Below are positions 49,259-61,905 of a stretch of 64,000 nt of DNA, piece by piece (within the stretch, counting starts at the first letter, position 1; each line of letters starts with the position of its first letter). A program made the position numbers and the translations under genes. This stretch comes from Squalus acanthias (lineage: Eukaryota): assembly GCA_030390025.1 (NCBI GenBank), contig CM059433.1, positions 10,666,001-10,730,000 of the forward strand. The letters are read 5' to 3'. The notes under the pieces are model-generated. The model ran no database searches and was not told the origin of the DNA. It saw only the letters and a program-made list of their open reading frames with translations.

Positions 49259-51236
49259 AGCTTTGTGGATGCTCATCTTCCAGCAATATGTGAGTGCTTC
49301 TCTCGATGGGTGTACTGTGCAGCATACAGCTCACCACAACTGTTTTGCCAGCTGTCTCCTGGACATATTGTACAGCACCCCTAGTGCAATTCTGCCTCTC
49401 GAATGTGTGCCGTTGTGCATTTTTTTTGCTGGGGTGAGGTACAAGAGTTGCCCAATAGTGTCACAAGCCACATTCTCAGCAGATAACCTATATCTCTGAA
49501 GAGCCAAACATCCAACCTGTCTTCACACTGGAATAAGTGGGGAATTCATGATTGCCTTAACACGTGGCATCATGGACACTCCTTGGAAACCATACGTTCA
49601 CTTGTGTAGTTGTCTGGCAGACGATTGCAGGCCATTTGGATCTTCAACCGGTAATATCATTTTCCATGGATGGGATAGTGCACAGAATGGTCAGAGATGG
49701 TGTCCGGTCAGTCTCTCCTGCTGTCACATGTCCACATTGATTGTAAGATATTCACCAGTACGTCAAACAGGGTATCTGCGACTTTGGTAATACACCAATG
49801 GGCCACAAACTGGCTGTTTGTTGTCAAGTTTCTATCTATTGCCTGGAAGGTGCCTGTGCGAGTGCGGCCATTGACTACTGCCAGTGCTGATGTTGCTTTT
49901 TGGTTACAAGTCTGCTTCGGGACGTAACACAAGTTGTCTGCTAATGCACTCACGCTGCTGTGCGTACTGAAACGGTTGAGTTGCTTTGCAGAGCGTCTCC
50001 TACTTTGCTTCACGCTCGGCCTCTGCAGGCTTTTCCATGACTTTAATGCTACCTCTGAGGTAGGCATAACTAATGTGAAGTAGGCTTGGAGGCAAGCTTA
50101 TAGAAATTTGCATGTTTGCCTTCAGTTGCTAACACTGCATCTGTGCGTTAACATGCCTTAAATTGGTTTGGTGCCTCGAGGAGTTTCTGGAACATGGATA
50201 AAAATGTGCTAATATTCTGCTAATGCCAGCACTCCACAATTATTCTGTATTAATAACTACTTATCACATATGTTAGCTCTATCCTTTAGTTTCACTTCCT
50301 TCATCTTTAAGGTCCTAGCTGTTCTTCTGAGCAATGTCTCAGGCTAGTAGTTACTGTACAGCTCAAATGTGATAAGATTGGCTACTTTATGCCCATTGTA
50401 GTCATCCCTTGCTGTACAGGGGTTATGATCAATGTTCAGATCCCATCTTGTGATGTTTTTAATTGTCCCTTTGGGGTGACAAAGCCCAATTATCAAACAG
50501 ACCAGCATGGAATTAGCCATCCTAGTGATTCAACTCTTAACAGATTTGATCAAACAGAGACCTTTAGTGAACTGACAGGCAGCCACAGCTGACGGTGCCT
50601 GTGCAGACAAAGAGGGTGCCAGAGTCCTTATTAACATATTATTCCATGCATTATATTCTTTTCATGATAGAGACCATTGCATACAGAATTTTTCGTTTAC
50701 AGTAGAACAAAAGTTTCAGCGCTATTGGACTAAATCTATGACAGCCTGCAAACTCTCATACATATGTATGGTTATGGTTGCCTTTTAAAAAAAAATGATC
50801 TGTTCTTATTCTCTTTTGCCCCCATCAATCTCTGCACCATTCTCTGGCTCGGTTCGCAGGCAAGCAAGCAACCAGCTGTCAGGCCTCGGTAAATGCTGCG
50901 GGGATGTTAAATGCAGCAGTCTGAATGGGCGAATGCACTAAAGGTGTTCTATGAGCAAAGTGCCAATGAGCAGTTAGACACTTATGGAGGTGAAATTCCT
51001 TCTGTTGCTCATTTTACTGAGAAAAAGAAATCTCGTTTTTCTGCTCAAGCTGACTTTTTTTTTGGCTAATGTTATCAACGGAGGAATTTCACTCTTGAAG
51101 TGAGCACAACAGAAGAGAGGTGGCGATTTGAGCAGCTTCTGTAGCGCAAATATAGACTGAAAGCCATCAGGATTATCTGGTGGTGACCTTCTTACATTTG
51201 CACCGGCTGCCAGAATATGAGTGAGAATTGACTCAC

Positions 51237-51325
51237 CTTCTGAGTTCACTCTCCCCAGCTGCGAAGAATGACTTCACTTCCATTTCGGCCCGCTTCCTAG
51301 TTGCCCAGCCGAGCTTGAACATTTG
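51237..51325 (-). CDS. Weak candidate internal exon (QMFKLGWATRKRAEMEVKSFFAAGESELR)
   Basis: Acceptor tcctcgtctcatcattccacatgcag, donor AAG|GTGAGT, one open frame, ends in phase 2 like the start of the 601-763 exon; could be chance. Confidence 0.25.
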
Positions 51326-51892
51326 CTGCATGTGGAATGATGAGACGAGGACCTACATCGTACCGCTCAGTGATGTAGCGTGTTGGCCCATTATCTATTA
51401 CAATATATCAACCAGACAGGGGCTTCTGTTCAATCAACACACATATTAAAAAAATCAACACAATGAATGCTGATTCCTCAACAGCCAAGAGGTACAGGTA
51501 TGGAAGTTGGCCACGCAGACCAGAATGGTGCCACTTTTGATCCCCGGTCGGTGCCGAGATAGGGCAGTGCAATTGGCCTCAGAGTCCGTGGGCGAGGTAG
51601 GGGTGGGAGAACTCGGCCAGGATTCCTGCCTCTGATCATTATCCAACGATGCCCCATTGGAAATTGTACATCCTACACTGGTATATGTACGCAGTATATT
51701 ACAAATACATTTTTTAAACTGGAGCAAGACACTATATAAGATAATTTTATTGAGGTCCCACAGTGCTGATGGATGGAATAGGGGGATGTTCAGCACTGAG
51801 TCCAGTTTCAGTCTGATTCAGGGGTCATATTTAGGGTGGTTCCAGGGCTAATCCAATGTGCAAAAGTAACACAGCATGGCATAAGATGTTCC

Positions 51893-52305
51893 CTTTTTTT
51901 TATTCGTTTATGGGATGTGGGTGTCACTGGCAAGGCCAGCATTTATTGCCCATCCCTAATTGCTCTTGAGAAGGTGGTGGTGAGCCGCCTTCTTGAACCG
52001 CTGCAGTCCGTGCGGTGAAGGTGCTCCCACAGTGCTGTTAGGGAGGGAGTTCCAGGATTTTGACCCAGCGACGATGAAGGATCGGCCGATATACTTCTAA
52101 GTCAGGATGGCGTGTGACTTGGAGGGGAACTTGGAGGTGTTGGTGTTCCCATGCGCCTGCTGCCCTTGTCCTTCTAGGTGGAAGAGGTCGTGGATTTGGG
52201 AGGTGCTGCCGAAGAAGCCTTGGTGAGTTGCTGCAGTGCATCTTGTAGATGGTACACACTGCAGCCACGGTGCGCCGGTGGTGGAGGGAGTGAATGTTTA
52301 AGGTG
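51893..52305 (-). mobile_element. 3' end of the second CR1/L2-superclade LINE family
   Basis: Closely similar to 11752-12120; AVCTIYKMHCSNSPRLLRQHLP. Confidence 0.88.
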
Positions 52306-52490
52306 GTAATTTTAACCTAACTCGCTGGGTGGGAATACCACGTGATCGGGTGGAATGCTGGTTTTACACAACGCCCATGACTTCAATGGAGAGCAAAATC
52401 CAGTGCGGTGTAAAACCAGCGTTGCACCCGACCCCGTCAGTTTCCCAATGGAGGCGGTGGTGGGGGAGGGGGTAGGTTAAAATTTCCTCC
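52302..52490. mobile_element. Fold-back MITE
   Basis: aattttaaccta/taggttaaaatt; tcgggtg..gctggttttacac / gtgtaaaaccagc..cacccga arms. Confidence 0.75.
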
Positions 52491-53419
52491 TCTGTCTTTG
52501 TGGCACCTCAAGCTATTTTTTGTGAACTATATTCAATGGTAACTTTAACAACCAGCAAAAAGGGTTGACCAGATTACCCTCTATCTGTCCCGTCCTCAGC
52601 ATAGTATTGTAACAAACGACAACTCACAGCCTGTTGAATTTTAAGAGCTATCGGTAAGTACGACCTTTGTCATCCAGCTGTGGGCTAGATTGAAGCGTGA
52701 TTGACTTTTTGTCTTTCCTTTTGATCATTTCTAGCCAGGCGTCCACAGTGACAGGTAGAAATAGGGTAGACATCATGAAGGCTGACATTTCTGTCATCTA
52801 GTTTTGCATAATCTGTCATATGTCTGTTTCTTGACAGTATAAAATCTACTCTTTGCAGTTGTCACTCTTATTCAGATTGGCACATTTACACAGTCTCATC
52901 CTAAAAAATATTTAACCTACTGTACCTACCAGCAGTTTCAGCTGGTAAAACGTCTGAAACCCAATATTGCAATGACGATTTTTAAAAGGGCACTGTTTTG
53001 TGAAAGAAGTATTTGGTAAACTTTCTCTCATTTGTCTACATCATGGCAAGATTTTCACATAACATCATTGGTATAAAAATGATGCGTAGCTCTCGTGCCT
53101 CATCTCCCTTCCCAAACAAACAGAAGGTTGGGACACAATCTGTCAGGACAGCATTGTCCCTTAAGTTGTGTGTGAGAAACACAGCCCAAATCATTGCCAT
53201 AATAATCTCTGCTTGATGAACTCTGGAGGTGCTTTTGAGTATCGATAAATATAACTGAGACAAATGTTTCTGTAAGTAACAGTTTTTCTTTCTTTTTCCC
53301 TCTTCCCCTTTCTCTGACATCGAGGGTGGGTAGGCGACTGGCTACCCGACCAGAAGTTTTGGTAATAATGCTTGGTGCTGCTTTCTCATTGGCCTGTTAG
53401 GAGTGCAAGAGTGATCCTG

Positions 53420-53630
53420 AGGGAATTTTCCCTTTCAAAGTAACGGGAACAATGAGGGAGATTTGTTCTAACTGAGGGCGCACTAGACTGAGATCAGGGC
53501 GTGATCTCATGGTCTACCTTTTCATAGAATAAACGTTGTGAGGTCCTGAGCCTGCAGTTATCCGATATGCGCTGGCTGTATCAGAGAGGAACCCCACTCC
53601 CGGCACGGGGATCCTTGCAAAATTTACCCT
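53420..53630. mobile_element. Degenerate MITE
   Basis: AGGGAATTTT...AAAATTTACCCT ends. Confidence 0.4.
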
Positions 53631-54570
53631 TATGCTTCAGATCAGGAAGGCCTCAGATTCGATCCTGGGTCTGTGCTGATTGACATAACTTCAGCAGCAA
53701 GAAGGGCATGATGATCAGGCACAGCACCCTCGGGTTGGGAGGCACCCTGATTATTGCTCAACAACTGTTCAACAATCGTCGCTGGTGGACATCAAAACGA
53801 GGATCTGGCTTGCGTATGATCCCCAGCCATCCCCCAACACTTGAGTAGCTTGCTGACATTCAGTCTAGGTTTACATGTGAGAAATGAATGGTGAGAAAGG
53901 GGAGAAAATTGATGGGGAAGGGAGGGAGGAAAAATAATTTTAAAAGACAGTTAATAGGAACTGGGCCTTACCACAGAATTTTTTTTTGTATTTTACGATT
54001 ATTTTGTACTTCTGAAGCAAGAGCAAGTGAATAACCTTGTTAGTATAATCGCAGAGAAAGATTATTTTGAATTAGAAGCATGCAAGTGATAAGTTCCAAT
54101 GCTACTCAGCTGAGCACTGGGGATTTTTCTCCCATACACACAATGTCACATTTAGATTTATGGATTTGTGCTTTTGTCGTCCCCATTCTGTTAAATCGCG
54201 TTTAAGAGTCGTCAGTGATGAGCAAAAGCAGCTTCTCCACGTAAAACACTGTGTTGCATGTTGCACATATCCTCCCATACTTTACAGCGAAGAAAAGGCA
54301 ATCCCAGTGCCTTGAATAAATACTGCATGAACCTGCAGACCTGTCTGAAGACCCAGGGGAGTGAAGTAAATGAAATGCCCATCAGTTTGTCGTGGCAGAG
54401 CCTCCCCGTAATTGACAGCTCTGTGCTTCATTATAAACGGATCAGCCACCAACCAGCTCGACCAGTCAGAGAGCCGGTGCCACGTCTGCTGAGAAGGAGC
54501 ATGCTGGGACAGCAAGGGCCTTTAGACGGACTCGAATCTGACTGAAAGGAACTATGGCGATTTACAGAAC

Positions 54571-55307
54571 GAGAAGTCGCACAACACCAGGTTATAGTCC
54601 AACAGTTTTATTTGAAATCACAAGCTTTCGGAGCTGCTGCCCCTTCGTCAGGTGAAGTGAAGGAATACGAATCGGCAAAGCATATATAGACAGAGAACAA
54701 TGCCTGTGTAGCGTACAATGTCAGACGATTACAGTTAATCTTTCTGACTGCCTTTTATCACACCTCAGCAGAGAAACAATCAGGTCAGTCAGGAAGGCAT
54801 TATATCAAAGACATAGCAAGATACAACTAAGACAATGAGGTGGGGTCACAGGGGGTCTAATGTGTCAAATGCTGCAGTCTGTATGGAAAACCATAAACTT
54901 TAACATTTTTACTTTTTTTTTACTGGAAATCACATCTGTGAACAAGCCAACGACGACTCGAGTCTGGATGACTCTATGTCATGTAGCGTGACATGAACCC
55001 AAGATCCCGGTTGAGGCCGTCCTCATGGGTGCGGAACTTGGCTATCAGTTTCTGCTCGATGATTTTGCGTTGTCGTGTGTCTCGAAGGCCGCCTTGGAGA
55101 ACGCTTACCCGCAGATCCGAGGCTGAATGTCCTTGACTGCTGAAGTGTTCCCCGACTGGGAGGTGACAATCCTGCCTGGCGATTGTTGCGCGGTGTCCAT
55201 TCATACGTTGTCTCAGTGTCTGCATGGTCTCGCCGATGTACCATGCTCCGGTGCATCCTTTCCTGCAACGTATGAGGTAGACAACGTTGGCCGAGTCACA
55301 TGAGTAT
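54571..55307 (-). mobile_element. Penelope element 3' part: GIY-YIG endonuclease plus terminal repeat
   Basis: YSCDSANVVYLIRCRKGCTGAWYIGETMQTLRQRMNGHR...EQKLIAKF...GLN in one open frame. Confidence 0.93.
54618..54655 (-). ncRNA. Minimal hammerhead ribozyme motif
   Basis: Reverse complement TCAC-CTGACGA-A-GGGGC-AGCA-GCTCC-GAAA-GC-TT-GTGA. Confidence 0.8.
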
Positions 55308-56430
55308 GTAATGATTTAAAGAACAATTGAGGATCCTCATCTGGTTCAGCTGCCAAATGCACTGCTTGGCTTGGAATGAAACTGGTGAGATTTGCTGATC
55401 CCTTCTCTGTGCTGAACTAAATGATCTCAACTGGAGCAACAGTATGTGCAGAGCAATTGGCCAAAGCACATGAAAATCGTCCAGGAGCTCTTTGCAAAAC
55501 TTGGCTGAATTCAAAACTGTTTTTTTGCTCGCAATATGCAAAATTCCCGAACAGTGAAGAAAGACGACATCAAATGGGTTTGATTGCTCATCTGGCTAAG
55601 GCAGCCAGTAGCTCAGCCACACTGTCCAGGAAAAGTCCCAGGTCTGGTCCCTAATCTGAGCTGAAGTAATTAATCTCAGCCAGTAAGGGCACTTCAATTG
55701 GCCACATGGGGGGGTTAGGCTGCGACAAGTGGCCAGGGTTCTCACTCCTGATCACTTTCCAGCAACCCTTGTGGCCATTGGGTGGGGGCAGGATCAGCCT
55801 CAGCCCCCAGTGCCCTTTCTGAGTGAATAGCCGCCTGATTATTGCTGTTGAGGGTTACAGGTGAATAATAGCCACTTGGGCAAGGTACTGCAAGACGACT
55901 GGGTGCCAAAGCAGCTGTACTGCCAACAGCAAGTCAATGTCAGGAGAGGAGATGAAGAGAGAAAGTTGCTGAGAAAACATAAACGTGAACAACATTCATC
56001 AATTTGCTATTACCCTTTTAGTGCAGGAATAGGAAGAACACTTCCTGAGGGCTGAATAAGAAGGGAATACAGTGGAACCTTGATTATCTGCATTTCAATT
56101 ACCTGCCTTCCAGATTATCCATCAGAATTATCATAAGACAGCGTCCTTCATGTGACATTGCTTCACAGCCCACTAACATAAATATCTTCCTGTTTAACAT
56201 AAACCATCCGTACAGCCCAAGAAATATTACATTCAATTTATTTAATTTATCTTTTGCTTGTGCCTGTGTCTGCAGTTTTATTATTCCTTATCTGTACGGC
56301 CAAAACTTGGCAACTCAATGGCTGCTTTTATATTGTTCCTTAGATGCTGGTTCCCAGCAGCCACTTCAAATAAACCTGATGGATTATTACAGGCTGCCAG
56401 CGAGTAAGACCTGCTTCTCATTGGATTTCT

Positions 56431-56573
56431 ACCAGTCTTACTGGGGCTAAGGAGCTCACTGGGTGTCCACCAGTCTTACTGGGGCTAATGAGTTCACTGG
56501 GTGTCCACCAGTCTTACTGGGGCTAATGAGTTCACTGGATGTCCACCAGTCTTACTGGGGCTAAGGAGCTCAC
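56431..56573 (+). repeat. 38-bp tandem repeat, about 3.7 copies
   Basis: accagtcttactggggctaa(g/t)gag(c/t)tcactgggtgtcc. Confidence 0.95.
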
Positions 56574-56816
56574 CACTGTGGTAGCAGCAGTGCATGTCGG
56601 TGATGTCATTATCTCCATAGTGATGTCATAATGCAACATTATGTCATCACTGACCCAGGTTAGCTGTGTGCACAGAATGTTGGCCATCCGCAATGCAGCA
56701 GGAACATTACAACACTCACTTAACGTGCTTGCCTGAGACCGGGACTGTAATGTAAAAAATAGCTTCTATTAACCACCAATTTCTAATATTCACCTGGAGG
56801 TCCCATCCATTATATT

Positions 56817-57116
56817 TCATCTTTCGGGTGAGACGATAAACCGAGGACCCCTCAGGTGGCTGTAAAAGATCCCATGGCACTATTCGAAGAAGAGTAGGGA
56901 AGTTCTCCTTGGTGTCCTGGCCCATATTTATCCCTCAACCAACATCAATAAAACAGATGAACTGGTCATTATCTCATTGCTGTCCGCAAATTGGTTGCCA
57001 CGTTTCCCTACATTACAACAGTGATTACACTTCAAAAGTACTTCATTGTTATAAAGCGTTTTGGAGACATCCTGAGGTTGTGAAAGGTGCTAGATCAATG
57101 CAAGTCTTTCTTTCTA
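56817..57116 (+). mobile_element. Partial Deu-SINE
   Basis: ctttcgggtgagacgataaaccgagg...atgcaagtctttctttc. Confidence 0.85.
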
Positions 57117-57242
57117 TTTAAAGGAGATTTCATTGTGAATGCTTGCGGGTTCATAGATAGGAGGTGGAGCTAAATCAGCCTTCTCTCTTTTAAGAAAGCT
57201 AGCCCTGACCTGTTCTAATTAGCTCTGCTTTTTGATTCTGGG

Positions 57243-57915
57243 TGCAAGAGGTTAGGAAGGCAAATGGTATGTTGGCCTTCATTGCAAGAGGATTTGAGTA
57301 CAGGTGCAAGGATGTCTTACTAGAGTTGTACAGGGCCTTGGTGAGACCACACCTGGAGTACTGTGTGCAGTTTTGGTCTCCTTACCTAAGAAAGGATATA
57401 CTTGCCATAGAGGGAGTGCAGCGAAGGTTCACCAGACTGATTCCTGGGATGGCAGGACTGTCGTATGAGGAGAGATTGGGTCAACTAGGCCTGTATTCAC
57501 TAGAGTTTAGAAGAATGAGAGGGGATCTCATTGAAACGTATAAAATTCTGACAGGGCTAGACAGACTGGATGCAGGGGGGATGTTTCCCCTTGCTGGGGG
57601 GGTCCAGAAAGAGGGGTCACAGTCTCAGGATACGGGGTAGGACATTTAGAACTGAGATGAGGAGAAATTTCTTCACCCAGAGGGTGGTGAACCTGTGGAA
57701 TTCTCTACCACAGAAGGCTGTGGAGGCCAAGTCACTGAATATATTTAAGAAGGAGATAGATAGATTTCTAGACACAAAAGGCATCAAGGGGTATGGGGAG
57801 AGAGCGGGAACATGGTATTGAGATAGAGGATCAGCCATGATCATATTGAATGGCGGAGCAGGCTCGAAGTCCGAATGGCCGACTCCTGCTCCTATTTTTC
57901 TATGTTTCTATGTTT
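57243..57915 (+). mobile_element. CR1 LINE 3' end
   Basis: KANGMLAFIARG...; (CTATGTTT)n tail. Confidence 0.95.
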
Positions 57916-58637
57916 TGACGTATAAGAGTGTGATTTATGAGTGACTGAGGCATTTGTTTAAACCAATGTAAAGAGTGTAGAGTAAGATTTTGTATTATTT
58001 AAGGAATAGTTTTATGTTACTTCTGAAAATATTGAATCCCTAGTCTCAACACAAAGCTATATCTTTATTAATACATATCAGTGAAATGACTATAAATTCC
58101 TGGCGCTGCAGAACGTGTAGGCCTGGAAATGTCCGGGAGCTTGTAGCACTGAATATATTAAAGTGTTGATAACCTTGCCATTATTAAAGACAGCACTGTC
58201 AACATTGGGGAAATGTGAAGGGTGAAACTTATGATTTATGAGTGATACAGATTATGAGCACCTGTGAGTACCCTGAGCAGTGTTTACTGTTCAGAGCACC
58301 GCACATTAAAATAAATCATCTATGGAATATATTTAATGCATTTTTTAACAAAATGAGTGACTCGCTTCAAATGAGATAAACTTGACATTTCTATAGCAAA
58401 CAGCATTTTCAGTCTAGGCAGAGGCAGCTTTATTAATAACCCTTGAAGTTGTGCCGTACAATATTAGTAACCAGTATTGGGATGGAGTGGTTTGAAACCC
58501 TTTTGTCCACTGTTTTGAGGAAGACATCTTTTTCAAATGGGTTACTGCCCTTTTTAAATTAGTGTTCAAAAATAATTCATACCAACATCTCAATTTATTT
58601 GTTACCAATATTGCACAGTTCAATATCTACCCCATGG

Positions 58638-58743
58638 CATGTGTGTGCTTGTGTGTGTGTGTGTGTATGTGTGTGCGCAAGTACATGTGTATGTGTGTAT
58701 CTGTGTGTGTGTGTGCGCGCACGTACATGTGTGTGTGTGTATC

Positions 58744-58774
<31 letters not shown>

Positions 58775-59224
58775 ACGTACATGTGTGTGTGTGTATCTGT
58801 GTGTGTGTGAAACATAGAAACATAGAATCTAGGAGCAGGAGTAGGCCATTCGGCCCGTCGAGCCTGCTCCACCATTCAATACGATCATGGCTGATCATCC
58901 AAGTCCAGTACCCTGTCCCTGCTTTAATCCCCACAGTACACATATCCCACCCTACCCCCGGAACCCCACGTATTTAATTCCCCCTAACATATCCCATCCT
59001 ATCCCCATAACCCCACATATTTAATCCCCCCCTAACACTAAGGGTCAATTTATCATAGCCAAATCAACCTAACCCGCACATTTTTGGACTGTGGGAGGAA
59101 ACGGGAGCACCCGGAGGAAACCCACGCAGACACGGGGAGAATGTGCGCATGTACATGTGTGTGTGTATCTGTGTGTGTGTGTGCGCACGTACATGTTTGT
59201 GTGTGTATCTGTATGTGTGTGTAT
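58638..59224. repeat. Compound (TG)n microsatellite with gcgcacgtacat nodes, split by a SINE/CR1 insertion
   Basis: Same unit at 58638-58809 and 59141-59224. Confidence 0.9.
58810..59146 (-). mobile_element. 5'-truncated HE1-like SINE joined to a CR1 3' end
   Basis: V-domain 59085-59140; ~48-bp internal duplication; CR1 tail 58810-58925. Confidence 0.85.
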
Positions 59225-59391
59225 GGGGGGGGTGGGGGGAGGGAGTCATTGGCAATAGTGGCAGTGTCTGCTGGACATCCTGAGCACTACACTGTGAATT
59301 GTATGTTTTTTAAATAATGAATTATTTTATTAAAAGGGCACTGTCTTCATGAAAATGTATGACCCTGCCAGCATTTTGGAGCTTCGTATAA

Positions 59392-59858
59392 GAAAAAAAG
59401 ACTTGCATTTATATAGCGCCTTTCACGACCACCGGACATCTCAAAGCGCTTTACAGCCAATGAAGTACTTTGGAGTGTAGTCACTGTTTTAATGTGGGAA
59501 ACGCAGCAGCCAATTTGCGCACAGCAAGCTCCCACAAGCAGCAATGTGATAATAACCAGATAATCTGTTTTTGTTATGCTGATTGAGGGATAAATTTTGG
59601 CCAGGACACCGGGGATAACTCCCCTGCTCTTCTTCGCAATAGTGCCTTGGGATCTTTTACGTCGACCTGAGAGAGCAGACGGGGCCTCAGTTTAACGTCT
59701 CATCCAAAAGACGGCACCTCTGACAGTGCAGCACTCCCTCAGCACTGCACTGGAGTGTCAGCCTAGCTTTATGTGCTCAAGTCCCTGGAGTGGGACTTGA
59801 ATCCACGACCTTCTAACTCAGTAGGCGAGTGTGCTACCCACTGAGCCACGGCTGACAC
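59392..59858 (-). mobile_element. SacSINE1-like SINE
   Basis: Full-length reverse copy. Confidence 0.92.
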
Positions 59859-60177
59859 AGGGGTCCTGGGGTCCTGGGGTCCATGCTGCTGATACAGCTA
59901 CATGTTTAGTAATGCCTCATGAAAGGTGGAAGCTGGCAGTTCAGTTCCACCACGTATCATTTTCAGCACAGCGTCACGCAAAAGTATTGCGATGCAGTTT
60001 CTTGGTGAGATTTACATCATTTTCGTTGTAAACAGATGAAGACAGAGATCTACCAAACCCTTTCCCCCTGAATGATGGCTACCTGTCCTTGCAACATTTC
60101 AGCTTGATTCAGTTGATAGTACTCCTGCCTCTCAATCGGAGGTTTTGTGAGTACAAGCCCCACTTCAAAACTCGATT

Positions 60178-60395
60178 GGGGGGATTTTCCTTGTCCCAAG
60201 CCCCGGCAGACTGGGCGTAACAAATATCGAAGATCAGGCGGATCAAAGCGGGCGCTTGTAATGGAATCTGCCTGATTTTCCTCCATTTAAATTAATAGGG
60301 GAAAATCAGGCTGATTCTTTTACAGGTGGGAGCTCTGACTGGCCCGATTGTCTGATATTCACTGTGCCCAAGCACAGGCCCAGGAAAATCTCCCC
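60178..60395. mobile_element. Fold-back MITE
   Basis: GGGGGATTTTCCT/AGGAAAATCTCCCC ends; central gcctgattttcc/ggaaaatcaggc. Confidence 0.75.
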
Positions 60396-60412
60396 ATCAC
60401 GTATAATACAGG

Positions 60413-60784
60413 TCGACACTCCAGTGCAGCGCAGTGCAGAGGGGGTGCTATATTGCTGGAGGTGTCATCTCCAAAATGAGATATTAAACCAAAACTATGC
60501 TTGCCTATTCTGGTGATTCAGGTGGGTGTTAAAGATCCCATGTCCCGATTTGAAGATGAGAAGGCAGTTCTCTCAGTACCCTGGCCAACATTCTTCCTTC
60601 CCACAACATTTCTAAAACTAGATTAACTGGCCATTTATCTCACTCCCGTGTGTCAGATCTTGCTGCGTGCAAAAAAATGGCAGCCATATTTTCCTATGCA
60701 AGAACAGTCATAATAATTCGCTGGGCGCGTTGCTGTTTTTAGGTGTTCTCGAAGAGCTGTATAAGGTGTTACATAAATGCAAGG
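60413..60784 (+). mobile_element. Old degenerate Deu-SINE
   Basis: gacactccagtgcag...tgagatattaaacc...aaagatcccatg...ataaatgcaag. Confidence 0.7.
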
Positions 60785-61129
60785 GTTTTTTGACACGCTT
60801 TTATGTAAGAAACCCCCTTTCTGAAGCGTCTCCAGATCTGAGAACGAAGCAGATGATAAAGGCAGCGCCCAATGGACGAATTAGCCACGCAGACCAGAAC
60901 GGCCCAGCTTTGGTTCCTGGTCTGTTCCCAATGAGCTGATCTCAGGCGAGGCAGCAGTTATGGTGCCACAGTTGGACCTCAGGGTCACGTGGCCAGAGAG
61001 AAGAAAAAAAAATCAGTCTTTATTATCCTGTGGCTCTTGCTGGCAAGTGTACTGGCGTGGGTGTGTCAGGCAAGAATAGGATCAAGTTAGCCCCACACAA
61101 TTAATTAGCTTGCTCACTGTCAGTGACAA

Positions 61130-61905
61130 GTTATTATCTAAATGGAAAGAAACTGCAAAGTGCTACAGTACAAAGGGATCTGGGGGTCCTGGTGCATGAA
61201 ACACAGAAGGTTAGTATGCAGGTACAGCAGGTGATCAGGAAGGCCAATGGAATCTTGGCTTTTATTGCAAGGGGGATGGAGTATAAGAGCAGGAAAGTCT
61301 TGCTTCAGCTATACAGGGTACTGGTGAGGCCACACCTGGAATACTGCGTACAGTTTTGGTTTCCATATTTAAGAAAAGATATACTTGCTCTAGAGGCAGT
61401 TCAGAGAAGGTTCACTCGGTTGATTCCGGAGATGAGGGGGTTGACTTATGAGGAAAGGTTGAGTAGGTTGGGCCTCTACTCATTGGAATACAGAAGAATG
61501 AGAGGCGATCTTATCGAAACATATAAGATTGTGAGAGGGCTTGATCGGGTGGATGCGGGGAGGATGTTTCCACTGATGGGTGAGACTAGAACTAGGGGGC
61601 ATAATCTTAGAATAAGGGGCTGCCGTTTCAAAACTGAGATGAGGAGAAACTTCTTCACTCCGAGGGTAGTAAATCTATGGAATTTGCTACCTCAGAGAGC
61701 TGTGGAAGCTGCGACATTAAATAAATTTAAAACGGAGATAGACAGTTTCCTAGCTGATAAGGGAATTAAGGGTTATGGGGAGTGGGCAGGGAAGTGGACG
61801 TGAGTCTAGGTTCGGATCAGCCATGATCCTATTGAATGGCGGAGCAGGCCCGAAGGGTCGTATGGCCGACTCCTGCTCCTACTTCTTATGTTCTTATGTT
61901 CTTAT
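61130..61905 (+). mobile_element. CR1 LINE 3' end
   Basis: 226-aa open C-terminal ORF2 segment; (CTTATGTT)n tail. Confidence 0.95.

Noticed and set aside
49708..50067. 119-aa ORF, considered as recombinase or Penelope remnant
   Set aside because: No diagnostic catalytic motifs could be confirmed
56431..56573. CRISPR-like array
   Set aside because: Contiguous near-identical units with no unique spacers, no cas genes, eukaryotic context
58562..58977. Cys/Val- and His/Thr-rich ORFs
   Set aside because: Translations of a (TG)n microsatellite
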